This document shows positions 26,851 to 38,790 of a stretch of DNA of 64,000 nucleotides, piece by piece (the first letter of the stretch is position 1; every line of letters starts with the position of its first letter). A program made the position numbers and the translations under genes. The stretch lies in the NCBI RefSeq assembly GCF_001194135.2, contig NC_068983.1, positions 103,013,169 through 103,077,168 of the forward strand. The letters are read 5' to 3'. The DNA is from Octopus bimaculoides (Eukaryota). Below the pieces are notes generated by a model. That model saw only the letters and a list, made by a program, of their open reading frames with translations. It was not told the origin of the DNA and did not search any database.

Positions 26851-27994
26851 CACATGGCTAAGTGAATAACCTGAATACTAAATGGTTAAGGGGCTGAGAG
26901 TACAAGAGTAAAAATAATCCATTGTAGGGTTAACTCAACTATTGTGGCAATCACTTTTAGCGGAGGAGACTGAAGTAATATGGAAGTGACTTGCTCAAAA
27001 ACACAATACACTACTGGATTCAAGAATTGAACACTTGGCCTAAAGATTCCCAGCTCAACATCCAAACAACAGCAAATGGAAACCAGCCTGGAGTCATAGA
27101 CTTGGTTTAGAAAAATCTTACTTCTGTGTATAGCATTGATACATAATAGAAGGTAATACGCTAAAAATAAAATATTAATATTTTAATAATTGTTATTCAT
27201 AATGTTTCAGTTAGGTATATTGCTTCAGACTTCTATCAGAGATGAAATGGGATTGTGTGATACTCATGCCTCTACCAACAATGTATAAGAAATGAGTTGA
27301 TCATAAACAATAAATTTACGAGAGCTTCATGATTGCTTAAACCTCTAGAAATAACAACCAAATCACTCTTAATGGCTTAAAAGAGGTTATATTGAATAAT
27401 GTAACCATGGAAATACACTATAGTCAAAAACAAGATAAAGTAGCTGAACATAATGGATAATAGGCCTGCTCAATCAGAAATGAACTGGGGCCAAACAACA
27501 ATGACAATCACTAGATTCATCACCATGCACTTACCATTGCACTGTACACACAACTTAATGATAAGGATTTCTTTCAGCTACGCATAAGGCTGATGCTTTT
27601 TTTTTGTTTTGTTTCTTTTGCAGTTAACTGTGATATCTAGTATATCACTGGTACTTATTTTACTGGGTCCAGTGGGATGAAAAATAAGGCGCAGTTAATT
27701 TAATGGTGCTCAATTATTGACTGGCAATGATTTTATCTTTCCTGGAGGGATGAGAAGTTACAGACAACTCCTGCTAGATTTGAACTCAGAACATGGCCAA
27801 ATACCATAAGGCAACATGTCTGACATTTCTGCAACAATGGTTCTCAACAAGGGTCCATATAAGATTTTTGGCAGTCCATGCAAGCAAAACAGTAAACTGG
27901 AGATCCACAGTAGTATTTTAAGGGTCCATGAAAAATTTTTACTTTAGATGTAAGAAACAGCTAAATTTCTTTTGCAAACGTTTTACATAGTTCT

Positions 27995-28345
27995 GTGCCC
28001 AGCGTCGCCTTTCTGGCACTTGTGCCCGTGACATGTATAAGGATTTTCGAGTGAGATCATTGCCAGTGCCCCTGGACTGGCTCTTGTGCGGGTGGCACAT
28101 AAAATACACCATTTTGAGAGTGGCTGTTGCCAGTACCACCTGACTGGCCTTCGTGCGGGTGACACGTAAAAGCACCCACTACACTCTCTGAGTGGTTGGC
28201 GTTAGGAAAGGCATCCAGCTGTAGAAACTCTGCCAAATCAGATTGGAGCCTGGTGTAGCCATCTGGTTTCACCAGTCCTCAGTCAAATCGTCCAACCCAT
28301 GCTAGCATGGAAAGCGGACGTTAAACAATGATGATGATGATGATG
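27995..28345 (+). mobile_element. Short non-autonomous RTE-type retroelement (family B) with (GAT)n tail
   Basis: gttggcgttaggaaaggcatccagctgtagaaactctgcc...catgctagcatggaaagcggacgttaaacaatgatgatgatg. Two internal imperfect repeats of about 70 bp. Related copies at 43905, 56300 and 62600. Confidence 0.75.
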
Positions 28346-28724
28346 AACCTACACAAGTGAATTTGTCAAAAACAAAAAAAAAGGAATCTTGAAAAATGTA
28401 TTTATAAAACTAGTTTTTAAATGTCAAATGGCTACAGGGGTTCACTAAAATATAAATAGTAATGAAAGGGGGTTCTAAGAATAAGGATAACAATCAAAAA
28501 CTCAGCTGGCCAGCAATGTATTCTAACTGTATTCCTCCTCTCATCTGTTATCCTTGTGGTAAAAATAAAGAAATCAATTGTTGCCACTATCATCATCATC
28601 ATCATCATCATCAATGTCATCAGTAGTTCACATCCTGTTAGTGCTAATGTTTGTCTTTCTTGCATCTTGGTTTGATAAAATAAGTTCTGGACATACACTG
28701 GAGTTGATTCAGCTAGGATAAAGG

Positions 28725-28972
28725 CTAAAGTTCCTTCCTGAGTAACATAGACTTATAAGGCAGTTTTCCTGGTTTCCATGGCATATATATGCCCCACCTG
28801 GATGGGACACCAGTCCAGCACAGGATTACTCATTTTTGCCAGCTGAGTGGACTGGAGCAACATGAAATGAAGTGCTTTGCTCGAGAACACAACGCATCAC
28901 CCAGTCCAGGAATCGGAACCACATTTTTATGATCATGAGTCCAACACTCTAACCACTAAGCCATGCACCTCT
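28725..28972 (-). mobile_element. SINE family D
   Basis: cagctgagtggactggagcaacatgaaatgaagtgctttgctcgagaacacaac...aaccactaagccatgcacc. Confidence 0.75.
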
Positions 28973-30757
28973 ACAGAGTTGATCCAAGTAACTATATATT
29001 TCTCTTGCATAATTATGACCCCCTTGTGCCAGTGCAAGAAATCATCAATATTATTATTGGTGAGGTGGTGATGGTGATGATAACAGTAATGAATGGTGAG
29101 AAGTATGTTGAGATTAAGTAGTAACATAGTGCTAAGAAGAAAAACTAAATAATCATAGAAATTTTCCTTTCAGTATCTGGACTGCAGAAAAGAGATACTG
29201 ACTAAATAAGGACATTTCTATTTATTATCTTGACTAATGATTATTAAGTACTATTCCTACAAGCATAAATGTAACAACATATAAATTTTCTTATTTACAT
29301 ATATTTAGATGAAGTTACATCAATTTATTTGTATTCGAGATTTGAATATAAGAACATTTGTCCCTACAAATAAATTGGAAATAAAGAGAGTATTTGCACA
29401 AAGTCTTTCTGTCTGCAATACTCATATCACTAGCAGATAGTTACATCAAATACTGCCAACATCTAAACCTCAAATATTAACAGTATCACTAATAGCAACT
29501 GAGTTATTGAGAGCATGCAAAAGCTGAAATGACAAATGAGAATGAATGTGTATGATCAATAAACTTATCAATTGAAAAATATATATATGTATATANNNNN
29601 NNNNNNNNNNNNNNNNNNNNNNNNNNNNNNNNNNNNNNNNNNNNNNNNNNNNNNNNNNNNNNNNNNNNNNNNNNNNNNNNNNNNNNNNNNNNNNNNNNNN
29701 NNNNNNNNNNNNNNNNNNNNNNNNNNNTATATATATAGATGTCTTAGGAGTTAGAGTCGGTCTACAAGCCTACAAAACTTTAAGTTGCATGAAGCTGAGC
29801 TGAACTGTTATGTAACTCCCTGTGTTGAGTGCTACTTTCTTTTGTTTGTCCACTCACCTTTGTATCTGTTTCTTACATCTAGATATACTGGCACAATAGA
29901 AATGACTGTCATTAATGTACAGTGTAATCATCAAATAAAGATGTGATTTTCTCCACTCATGTTCATGTTGTTATATCTATGTATCTATCTATCTATAGAT
30001 ATATAGATAGATAGATAGACAGATATAGATATATAATTGGGGTGAAGTTTTAAAATTCAGATATCCTTTCTAACGCTAGTCATTCAACCATACAGAAGAA
30101 GTGGTTTTATTTTTAATCAGTAAACTGTGACATATAATCTATTATCCTTAGATTGTGATACAATGACTTAGATTAGGATCTGAAAATACTGTCTTCTGCT
30201 ACAGCACCTTAACCTCACATACACTGTGCATTTTTACATATACATACATGCATACAATGCATGTATGTCTATTGAAGTGTAATAATATCAATGTATGTAG
30301 AGCCTTATCATTCTTTCAGCTTTCATTATTACATTAAACAAGTGCCTCTGGAAGCTGCATGATGGTTAATTCATTACTCAATTTTTCATGAGATGAAATT
30401 TGAAGGACAAATGAATACACATTACATTAGAAATATGAAGAAAATAAAACACATGAACAACATTGCCTAATAAGAAAAAAAAAAAGATGACAATGATAGT
30501 ATGGAAAACTTAATGAAGCACAAAGGCATTATCTCAAAAGTAACTTCAGACAAATTATTTCTAATTACTAACGAGCGTTCACAAAATACAGCTTTACCAC
30601 CTCGATAAAATGAACAATTCTAGAAAGTAAAAAAAAAAAAAAATACATTTAGTAATATGTGTTTCAGTTCAGATAACAAATCATGAAATAGTTTTTCTTC
30701 ACTTATAATCTTTCTATAACTAATAAGTGAAGAGTATTAACAATGAAAATATGTTAC

Positions 30758-30922
30758 CTTTCTCAGCTGGTGGTGCTAATAGGCTATCATTAGCAGCAAG
30801 AAGAAACTTCAGCATAGTTTCCCACGTACTTCTTGTGAGTATAGTTGAGTCCAAAGCAACAGTTTCAATACTGCGCAACACTCGCTGACACTGTGCTGAC
30901 TGGCGTTTAACATGGTCCACAC
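30758..30922 (-). CDS. RALGAPB: Ral GTPase-activating protein subunit beta, coding exon 3 (phase 1/1)
   Basis: aaag|GT GTG GAC...GAG AAA G|gtaaca. Peptide VDHVKRQSAQCQRVLRSIETVALDSTILTRSTWETMLKFLLAANDSLLAPPAEK aligns by recall to human RALGAPB [48 protein letters not shown]. 165 nt keeps the frame. Confidence 0.93.
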
Positions 30923-31529
30923 CTTTAACGAGAGTTTGAAAAATATAAAAGCGTATAAAATAAAGCAAAGGAAAAAGTTGGAAACAAAATCATAATTCAC
31001 TGAAATAAAAATTTAAAAAATACCAAATGTCATTGATCACTAATTCAGCTTAATTAATCAAGAACTTCCAATTTCTACCTTAAAACTAAAAACAATTTAC
31101 TTTTGTCATACCCGTCTTTACGGTTGAAGCCTTGATTGATTACTATATTTGCAATAGGCACAGTTATGATTGTGTTGACACAGTGTCTACTTCGTAACCA
31201 TGTGGTTTCAAGGTTTCAAGCTATATCCACAGCATGGCACGGAGTGCCAACAAAACAACAACAGTGCAAAACAGGAAGAAACTATTGTATATTCATGATG
31301 TTGAGATATGGGCATTCTTTGTTTCATGGCTGCTCATAGTTTAAAATAGCAATTCAATAATGAGCATTTAAATGAAAAATTAACTCTAGATAAATGAATC
31401 TTACCCTTCCTCAAGTGTTCATGATTCCTGTCTTGGAAGACTCCTATGAATCTCTTTGCCCTAGTATCAGACATACAATTATGTATATTTACTTTACATA
31501 AAGATAAATTCATCTGTGTGAGGGCGAAT

Positions 31530-31765
31530 GCTCTAGTGGTTAGGATGTTGCTCTCATGATCACAAGATTGTGATTTCAATTCCCAGATCAGGCAGTGCTT
31601 TATGATCACTTCAGCATCTGACATGTGACACACCATGCACCTGTACAGGCAATGGTCAACTTGATGGAGTGAATCAGCTAATGTACAATACAAACGTTGG
31701 ATCATTATAAATTAATCATCTGTGTAGGTTGTTCAGCAAGAAATTGAAGAACCCTCATCTGTCAT
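31530..31765 (+). mobile_element. SINE family D-related copy
   Basis: tRNA-like head ctagtggttaggatgttgctctcatgatcacaagattgtgatttcaattcccag. Confidence 0.6.
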
Positions 31766-31834
31766 CTACAATGTGACAGTCCATCATATTCATGTGTTTG
31801 TATATAAAATACACACGCACACACATTTCTTAAC

Positions 31835-32050
31835 ATTGGTTTCAAATTTTGGCACAAGGCCAGTAAGTCTGGGGGAAGGGTTAAATCAATTGCATTCACC
31901 CCAATGCTCAACTGATACTTATTTTATTGACCCTGAAAAGATGAAAGGCAAAGTCAACCTTGGCAGAATTTGAACTCAGAATGTAAAGACATACAAAATG
32001 CCGCAAAGCATTTTGCCCAGCATGCTAATGATTCTACCAGCTTGCCACTC
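31835..32050 (-). mobile_element. tRNA-derived SINE, family C
   Basis: acttattttattgaccctgaaaagatgaaaggcaaagtcaaccttggcagaatttgaactcagaa; repeated throughout the window. Confidence 0.8.
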
Positions 32051-32965
32051 TTCACATTTCTTAACTCTCAAAGTAAAAAATCATTAGAGTCATTCTGGCC
32101 ATTTGAAAATAAACAAAGGTTGTCAAGTTCATTTTTACTTTATTTTAATGAGCTGTCAAAATTTTCACTGCAAAAGTGCAATGTGGTCTATGACCGAGGT
32201 CCACTGCAGCTGTTTGAAAGTTTGTTTATGGCCAGTATTTATAGGTCTCAGTTTTCCATTGTGTAGAACATAGGTTAAACATTGAGACATGAAGAGTAGT
32301 TGTATTCATTGGTTGACTTTGAATTCATAACATCAATCAGTTAAGTCATTATTAGTCATTTTCAGTTATTAATTAATTTTTTACTTACTTACAACACTAT
32401 ATATATATCATTGTTATCATTTCAATTTTTTGCCCTTTATTCCTATTCTTTTCTTCTTTCTCATCTTGGAAACTAGTTTTTAATTTATTCCTACCATATT
32501 CACTATATATAAATAAAAGATTTATTAGAATAATTCTCTATTATGGTTTATATTTAAGATTAAATGTGTTTTAAATATGTTGTTACAAAGAAGGAGTGGG
32601 GAATAAAACATGGGCATATGTTAATCTGAAAATAATGTTAATAAATTTATATGTATCTATCAGATTCAATGTAGGTTTATCTACATATCTGTATGATATA
32701 ATGTTTGAACAGGTATCTGAATCAGTTTGCAAACAGGAATAGTCTCAACTGAAAGCCTGAATGGGGTAACAACAAAACACTACACACAAGAAATGTATAA
32801 TATATGGTCATAGTTCAAGTAAAAAGAATTTGGAGAAATGATTAAATTAAACCAATTGAAACTTTATCGTTATTAAACAGATACACCATATAATATTTTA
32901 GAACAGAAACTTGATTTTCGTTCCAATAATTTGATAAGAAGTAAGAGTGAATAAACAATACATAC

Positions 32966-33164
32966 TCGATCCAACTCTTGGTACAAACAAGTTCAGCAGA
33001 TGATGGATAATTTCTCGTGCATAGAGGTTGGGGTTTTCAATAACAGGTTTAGGTACACTTTCTAGCGGTGATGTCAGAGATGTCAACCAATCACAATAAA
33101 TATTCACACAGTCACGAATGGCTTCATGCTCAGTCAATGGTAGGCTGAGGCCAAAGCAAAGCAC
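32966..33164 (-). CDS. RALGAPB: Ral GTPase-activating protein subunit beta, coding exon 2 (phase 0/1)
   Basis: atttag|GTG...TCG A|gtatgt. Peptide VLCFGLSLPLTEHEAIRDCVNIYCDWLTSLTSPLESVPKPVIENPNLYAREIIHHLLNLFVPR matches human VICYGLTLPL...YCVDVYTDW...IPLPVIKEPNQY...HLQNLFVPR. Confidence 0.95.
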
Positions 33165-33173
33165 CTAAATGAA

Positions 33174-33203
33174 ATAATAATGATAATGATGATGATGATG
33201 ATG

Positions 33204-33249
<46 letters not shown>

Positions 33250-33260
33250 TAATAATAATA
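33174..33260. repeat. (AAT/GAT)n microsatellite directly upstream of the RALGAPB exon 2 acceptor
   Basis: Direct reading; source of the poly-Ile ORF. Confidence 0.95.
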
Positions 33261-33629
33261 TACCGAGTGCAAGTTAATAGCAATAATGAAAATATGTTAG
33301 TTTTGATGAAATTATAAGCATACCATTTTGTAAAATATACATACAAAAGCAACTATTTGTAAATAAAGTAAATATATAACTTACTTTAGACTGAAGTCAA
33401 GAATGGACAGTTTAATTTAAATATTTACTACCTTGAAAATATTCTATTACTTCAAATTAAATTATCAGCCACTAATCTATCATTAGTCAATACTCAACAT
33501 ATTCACATCAATACAATAAAACAATAATCGATATTTCTACTTAAAACAATTCTGTGTGTCTGACAAGTGACAGACTTGTTAGGTTCTCAGTGATAAAATG
33601 TATTTGAAAACACACTATAAGTCAAAGTC

Positions 33630-33962
33630 GTTGTTGTTGGCACTCTGTCGCTTATGATGTCGAGGGTTCCAGTTGATCCGATCAACAGAACAGCCTACTC
33701 GTGAAATTAACGTGCAAGTGGCTGAGCACTCCACAGACACGTGTACCCTTAATGTAGTTCTCGGGGATATTCAGCGTGACACAGTGTGACAAGGCTGACC
33801 CTTTGAATTACAGGTACAACAGAAACAGGAAGTAAGAGTGAGAGAAAGTTGTGGTGAAAGAGTACAGCAGGGTTCGCCACCATCCCCTGCCAGAGCCTCG
33901 TGGAGCTTTAGGTGTTTTCGCTCAATAAACACTCACAACGCCCNNNNNNNNNNCGCCTCCAC
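33630..33962 (-). mobile_element. Young SINE with (CAA)n tail and 12-bp target-site duplication
   Basis: taagtcaaagtc at 33618-33629 and 33963-33974. CpG-rich body. Tail reads gtgccaacaacaac on the minus strand. The head is interrupted by a 10-N gap. Confidence 0.85.
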
Positions 33963-34020
33963 TAAGTCAAAGTCAACAAAATGATATTTAAAACTAGAGA
34001 GAAAAGGAAAATAATATTAC

Positions 34021-34215
34021 CTCTATTGTCCATTTTACATCCTTGTCTTCCTCAAGATCAACAGCGATTGTTGATGTTGAGCAGTTTTTTGCAAGATGTT
34101 TTACAACAGAACAAACTATTTCTTTCCCAGCAGCTGCTGGGAACTTCTGTAGGACACTTTGGTTGGCTTTGTTACATTGAATCTCCCGTTGAAGCGGAGC
34201 CCACTCTGAATACAT
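34021..34215 (-). CDS. RALGAPB: Ral GTPase-activating protein subunit beta, first coding exon (exon starts 34237; ATG 34215)
   Basis: Acceptor ttctctcctctag|, donor GAG|gtaata. Peptide MYSEWAPLQREIQCNKANQSVLQKFP...DKDVKWTIE matches human MYSEWRSL...SVLHSYP...DKEVKWTME. 195 nt, phase 0. Confidence 0.95.
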
Positions 34216-34419
34216 GATAGCCAACGATGAAGTAAATCTAGAGGAGAGAAAAAAAAACAAAAAAAAAAACAATTACAAGAAATACTAAAGTGAAATAATC
34301 AAAACATAAACCGATGAACAAGTTGCAATGTAATTTTGATACACAGAGATCACTCAGCTTAGAATTTTATTTCAGTGGATCAAATTGCAATCTTTGATCT
34401 ACTTTGCATTCATCCATTT

Positions 34420-34920
34420 TTTCTGCCCACTATTCCTGGGTGGGTTTGTGGGAGTAGTCCTCAGGTATCTCTTCCATAGGGTCCTATCAGAAGCAACCCT
34501 CATTACACTTTCCAGTTGGATTCTCAAGCATGACCAACTGAGACTATAGATACTATCCAACTGTCACATTCTTGGTCTACCTTTGAGTCTCCTACTGGTT
34601 GGCTCAGCTTGAAGGATCTGTCTTGCAATCCATTTTTGTGATATTTTAATCCCCTGTCCATAGCACAAGACCTCTCAATTCAAAAAAGTAGTTATTTAAC
34701 CTGGAGAGACTCCTTGATCTCCACGCTAAGAACTCTGTTGAGCAAGTTACTCCAGAGATCTTCCAAGGAAGCCTCATTTTGGTCACTTGTATTCAAAAGC
34801 ATGCTCTTCCAGTCACTATACAAAATAGAATTACTACCTATCATCCATACTATATACAATGATACAGCTAAAAATGTTAACTGATGTTTTCCAAGAATGT
34901 TGTACATCAATGCTATCTAG
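34420..34920 (-). mobile_element. RTE-clade LINE 3' fragment
   Basis: Minus strand reads IARQILQAEPTSRRLKGRPRM*QLDSI...VASDRTLWK, the typical RTE C-terminal 'GRP..W.D.I...A.DR..W' pattern. Confidence 0.7.
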
Positions 34921-35244
34921 CACAAAGTACAGTAGTTGAGATAAAGACTAAGTATCTTGTGAAGAGACCAAGAGCAATGAGACAGCTAAAGCCTTTGTAG
35001 TTATGCAAAAGAATTTAGAAGGGCATGGAAAATTATGGGCATTGCCCTCATACAGAAATTAACTACTTGAATTATCAATGTAATGAGTTTAGGGATTGAA
35101 CTGGAATGGTTATGCCCACAAACTGAATGTTGTAGTAAATACCATTAGAAACAGGGACCATCAAATATCTCTAAAATTCCTATCACAAAAATAGAGACTA
35201 TGAATGCAGAAAGAACATTAAATATCAAATATGACATGCTGAAT

Positions 35245-35640
35245 ATTATTCTTTTATTTGTTTATCATTTGACTGCGGCCATGCTGGAGCACTGCCTTCA
35301 AGGGTTTTTAGTTGAACAAACTGAACCCAGAACTTATTCTTTAAGCCTAGCACTTATTCTGTCGGGGTCTTTTGCTGAACCGCTAGGTTAAAGGGACGTA
35401 AACACACTAACACCGGTTGTCAAGCAGTGATTGGGGAACAAACACAAAGATGCACACAAGATATGTACATATATAAATATATATAAAACAGACTTCCTTC
35501 AGTTTCCATTTACCAAATCCACTCACAAAGATTTGGTTGGCCTAAGGCTATAGTAGAAGACATTTGCCCAATGTGGGACTGAACCTGGAGCTGTGTGGTT
35601 GGAAAACAAGCTTCTTACTACACAGTCATGCCTGTGCCTA
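35245..35640 (-). mobile_element. SINE family A
   Basis: catttgactgcggccatgctggagcactgcc ... cttcttactacacagtcatgcctgtgcc. Confidence 0.85.
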
Positions 35641-35648
35641 TACTTTAG

Positions 35649-35746
35649 AAATATTTAATTAGTCCAAATTTAATTAGTCCAAATATTTAATTAGTCCAAA
35701 TATTTAATTAGTCCAAATATTTAATATTTAATTAGTCCAAATATTT
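35649..35746. repeat. 17-bp minisatellite (aaatatttaattagtcc), about 5 units with small indels
   Basis: Direct reading of tandem units. Confidence 0.9.
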
Positions 35747-36941
35747 TGAGTTAAAATCACTTTTCAAAGTATTTAGAGAACAAGAGAGAGATATAAATTA
35801 TATATCCATTCTTTTAGCATGTTGAGTTTTTCTGTGATATTCAAATTACCACGTGCATGCAGATGTAGAATTTGAGCTTGTGTATTATGTTTCAATGGGC
35901 TGGATGTGGTCCTGAAAAAGGAGCAAGATCTCCTGAAACATGCTTAGACACTACCAATTTTTCTATCTTCAATCACATTATTTACACAAATGTATTCATA
36001 TACAAAATGTTGTAACTTTCAGTACTAGCCATAAATTCAATAGAAAATCTGTAGAGAGAACTTAACAGGTACTTTTAATACACTTTAGCACACATTCAAT
36101 TTTAGCTAGTCAATTACTAGCTTTGTTTTTTTTTTCTTTCTTTTTCTTATTGGATTCTTGTTTCTTGGGCTTGGGACCATAACGACAACTGGTACAGACA
36201 CTGAGTATCCACTGGCTTTTAGGAACTTTTTGGAATTGTGTAGTATGGATAGCCTGATCTATTTTGCTGCATTATTGCTACATATGGGTAAGTTTGTTTT
36301 CTTATTTTTATGTTACCCTACCTTGACACTGAATGTAGGGTGATCTGGACAGGAAAGGCTAAATATGAAGCTGATCCACTCAGGGAATGTTCTTATGGAA
36401 GTGTTTATCAAACAGATACCTAATGACAAAAACCTCTGTGATGGTCAACAGCCCCACCCACAACACAGAAATGTGGCTGCAAACATCAATATATGAGATC
36501 CAGAGCATCTTGTCCGCAGAATGTTTATATCAGTAACACAGTTTGGCTGTTGCATGTCTGAATCAAAGAACATTGCAACATATACATATTAGAGTTTAAA
36601 AAAACCCTGAAAATGCAAGAAGATGAACAGGAACATTGCAATTACCATTAAAGCGATAAGCTGTAATATTGGTAAACTGCTGCCATTTTGATAATAATAA
36701 AAAAAATTAACATTTAGCAACCAGCTAGAGCTGAAGGAGTATCAACTGGTACTATAAAGACCATGCATCACAATACTTGCCCCATTTACTCCTTAAACAC
36801 ATCAGCCCATTCAGACACTGCTAATCCTCAAAACATAATCCACCTACCCTAAATTCTATACCACAATTCTAATATTCCACACAAATTTGGCACATCAGTG
36901 GAATGGATATGTAATTTATATTTATTTTCCTTGTTCATTGA

Positions 36942-37161
36942 CCCTTTAGCATTTAAACTGGCCACATCCAGCCAAAATATTCTGTCTGATTTATGCTCAA
37001 ACTGGCCAGATGCAGCTTCTCACACCTACCCTATATTGTCATTCTGAAAATAAACAATCACATCATCAAAATCTCAAAGCTACGAGATAATGCATGATTA
37101 ATTCAAAATAATATGACTAAATAATCAATACAGTTGACAGAGTAATCTGAATGCTAATGGG
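36942..37161 (+). mobile_element. 220-bp piggyBac-like MITE (family E)
   Basis: TTGA|ccctttagcattt ... gaatgctaatggg|TTAA. CCCT..GGG termini with TTAA-like flanks are the established piggyBac signature. Confidence 0.75.
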
Positions 37162-38129
37162 TTAAATCTTTGTAAAGCAGTTTTTAACTCTAGATTTCAG
37201 GCCTAATCAAATACTTCCAAGGAAAAATTCCAATATCATTGTTATTGATATTTTATGTTCTACCTGCATTGCCACTGTATCTTAATTTTTTAGAAGAAAT
37301 ATTAAATAAATTTTTGTAGTAAAGGAGAAAGAAAAAAACCTCACAATACGTTTTTCAATTTGCAGACAGATATTTGGTTTGTCACATTCTGTAATTTGGT
37401 GTCATTGAAACGTATATGTGGATGAATGGCTTCAGATAATAGTTCAAGTCATATAAAAAGTGCAATTAGCAAGATAATTTACCATGCAGATGGATGTTCA
37501 CTGGGGCTTTGTCCTCAGCCCTCTTTTCTTCATTATATATTTGAAGTGAATAAGCAGGTGTTCAGAACTGGCTGGATCTCGTCACAGAATCTATCAGAGA
37601 GCTACAGAAAAAGTTTGAAATGTGATAAAGTAGCCAAGAGATAAAAGGCTTAAAGGTCATTATGATTAAGACAAACTATTCAATAACTATAAGACTCAAA
37701 CCCCAGTTCCATTTAGTGTACACAGAATGTAGGCATGGCTAAAATACAAATTTAGTACTGTGTATTTGATGCCAGCAGTGAATATAAGAAATAGAAAGTT
37801 AGATTTCAGAGAAGGGGAAGGGAGAGAGAGAGAGATTATAAGGTGTCCAGAACTTTAGACAGCCCAAATTTATAGAGTATTATGTAATCATACAATATAA
37901 ATCAGAGCTACTAAGTTTGTGACAAGTTGTAGATAAGTTCTGCTTAAGAGATGTATTGGAGAAAGAGTAGAATGTAAGAGACATGCATAAAATGTGAGAT
38001 GCTATAAAAGGGTGACAGATGAGCCAGGAGTTCCACAGATCTACAGTGGTCAGAAAGAGATGAACAAAATATGGCCAATGAATGCAATATTTTAATTTAA
38101 GAAAGACTGGACAGTCAAAAGAGCAGCTG

Positions 38130-38350
38130 GATAAGAAAGGTAAAGAACAATGTGATCAGGAGAGACAGTTATGCTTGTATGGATATGTAAAGGAAATGAG
38201 GAGTACATGCTACAAGTTGGTAGCAAGAGTATCTACCTGTAGCAGAAGAAACTACTAGAAAAATTATGGGAGGAAATGTTATGGTTAAGCTTTATGAAAG
38301 ACAAGTTGTAGGATGAGAGACTGAAAGATAGAGAGATTTTATATTGTAGA
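38130..38350 (+). mobile_element. Highly decayed RTE LINE 3' fragment
   Basis: Reads approximately RRQLCLYGYVKEMR...LWEEM...DRE, resembling 'RRLRWYGHVMRM...W.E...DR'. Confidence 0.4.
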
Positions 38351-38597
38351 CTTGCTCACTCATTTGTTGGCTTAAAGTCTGTTTTCCCCAGCTTAGTCCA
38401 ACTCATCTGAAGCAGGATTTTATGGCTGAATGTGCTTCCTGTTGACCCATCCTTACCTGTTCTTCAAGCAAATGATTCTTTTTTTTTATTCCACAGTTCC
38501 TCAAAATCATCAAACAACTATATATTATCAACAAGGGAAGTAATCATGTCACTGCTTTACTCAGCCAGTCACAAACAAAGCTGTGAAATGTAAATAT

Positions 38598-38790
38598 TCA
38601 TACACAAACACACACACACACATATTGTAGGTTTCCATACAGTTTCTGTTTCCCAAATTTATTCACAAGATATTGGTCAGCCTGGGGCTATAACAGAAGA
38701 CATTTGTCCATGATGCTGTGCAGTGGAACTGAATCTGGAACCAGTTTTTTGCAAAGTAAACATCTTAAGTACACAACCATACCTGCTCCT
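38598..38790 (-). mobile_element. SINE family A, 5' half
   Basis: cagtttctgtttcccaaatttattcacaag...ggggctataacagaagacatttgtcc...gtggaactgaatctggaacc. Confidence 0.7.

Noticed and set aside
35649-35746. Regular 17-bp repeat array, superficially CRISPR-like
   Set aside because: No spacers, no cas genes, eukaryotic context; an ordinary minisatellite.
36158-36343. 61-aa plus-strand ORF with a strong donor (atgg|gtaagt at ~36287)
   Set aside because: No recognisable protein similarity and no partner exons. An antisense non-coding exon cannot be excluded but is unsupported.
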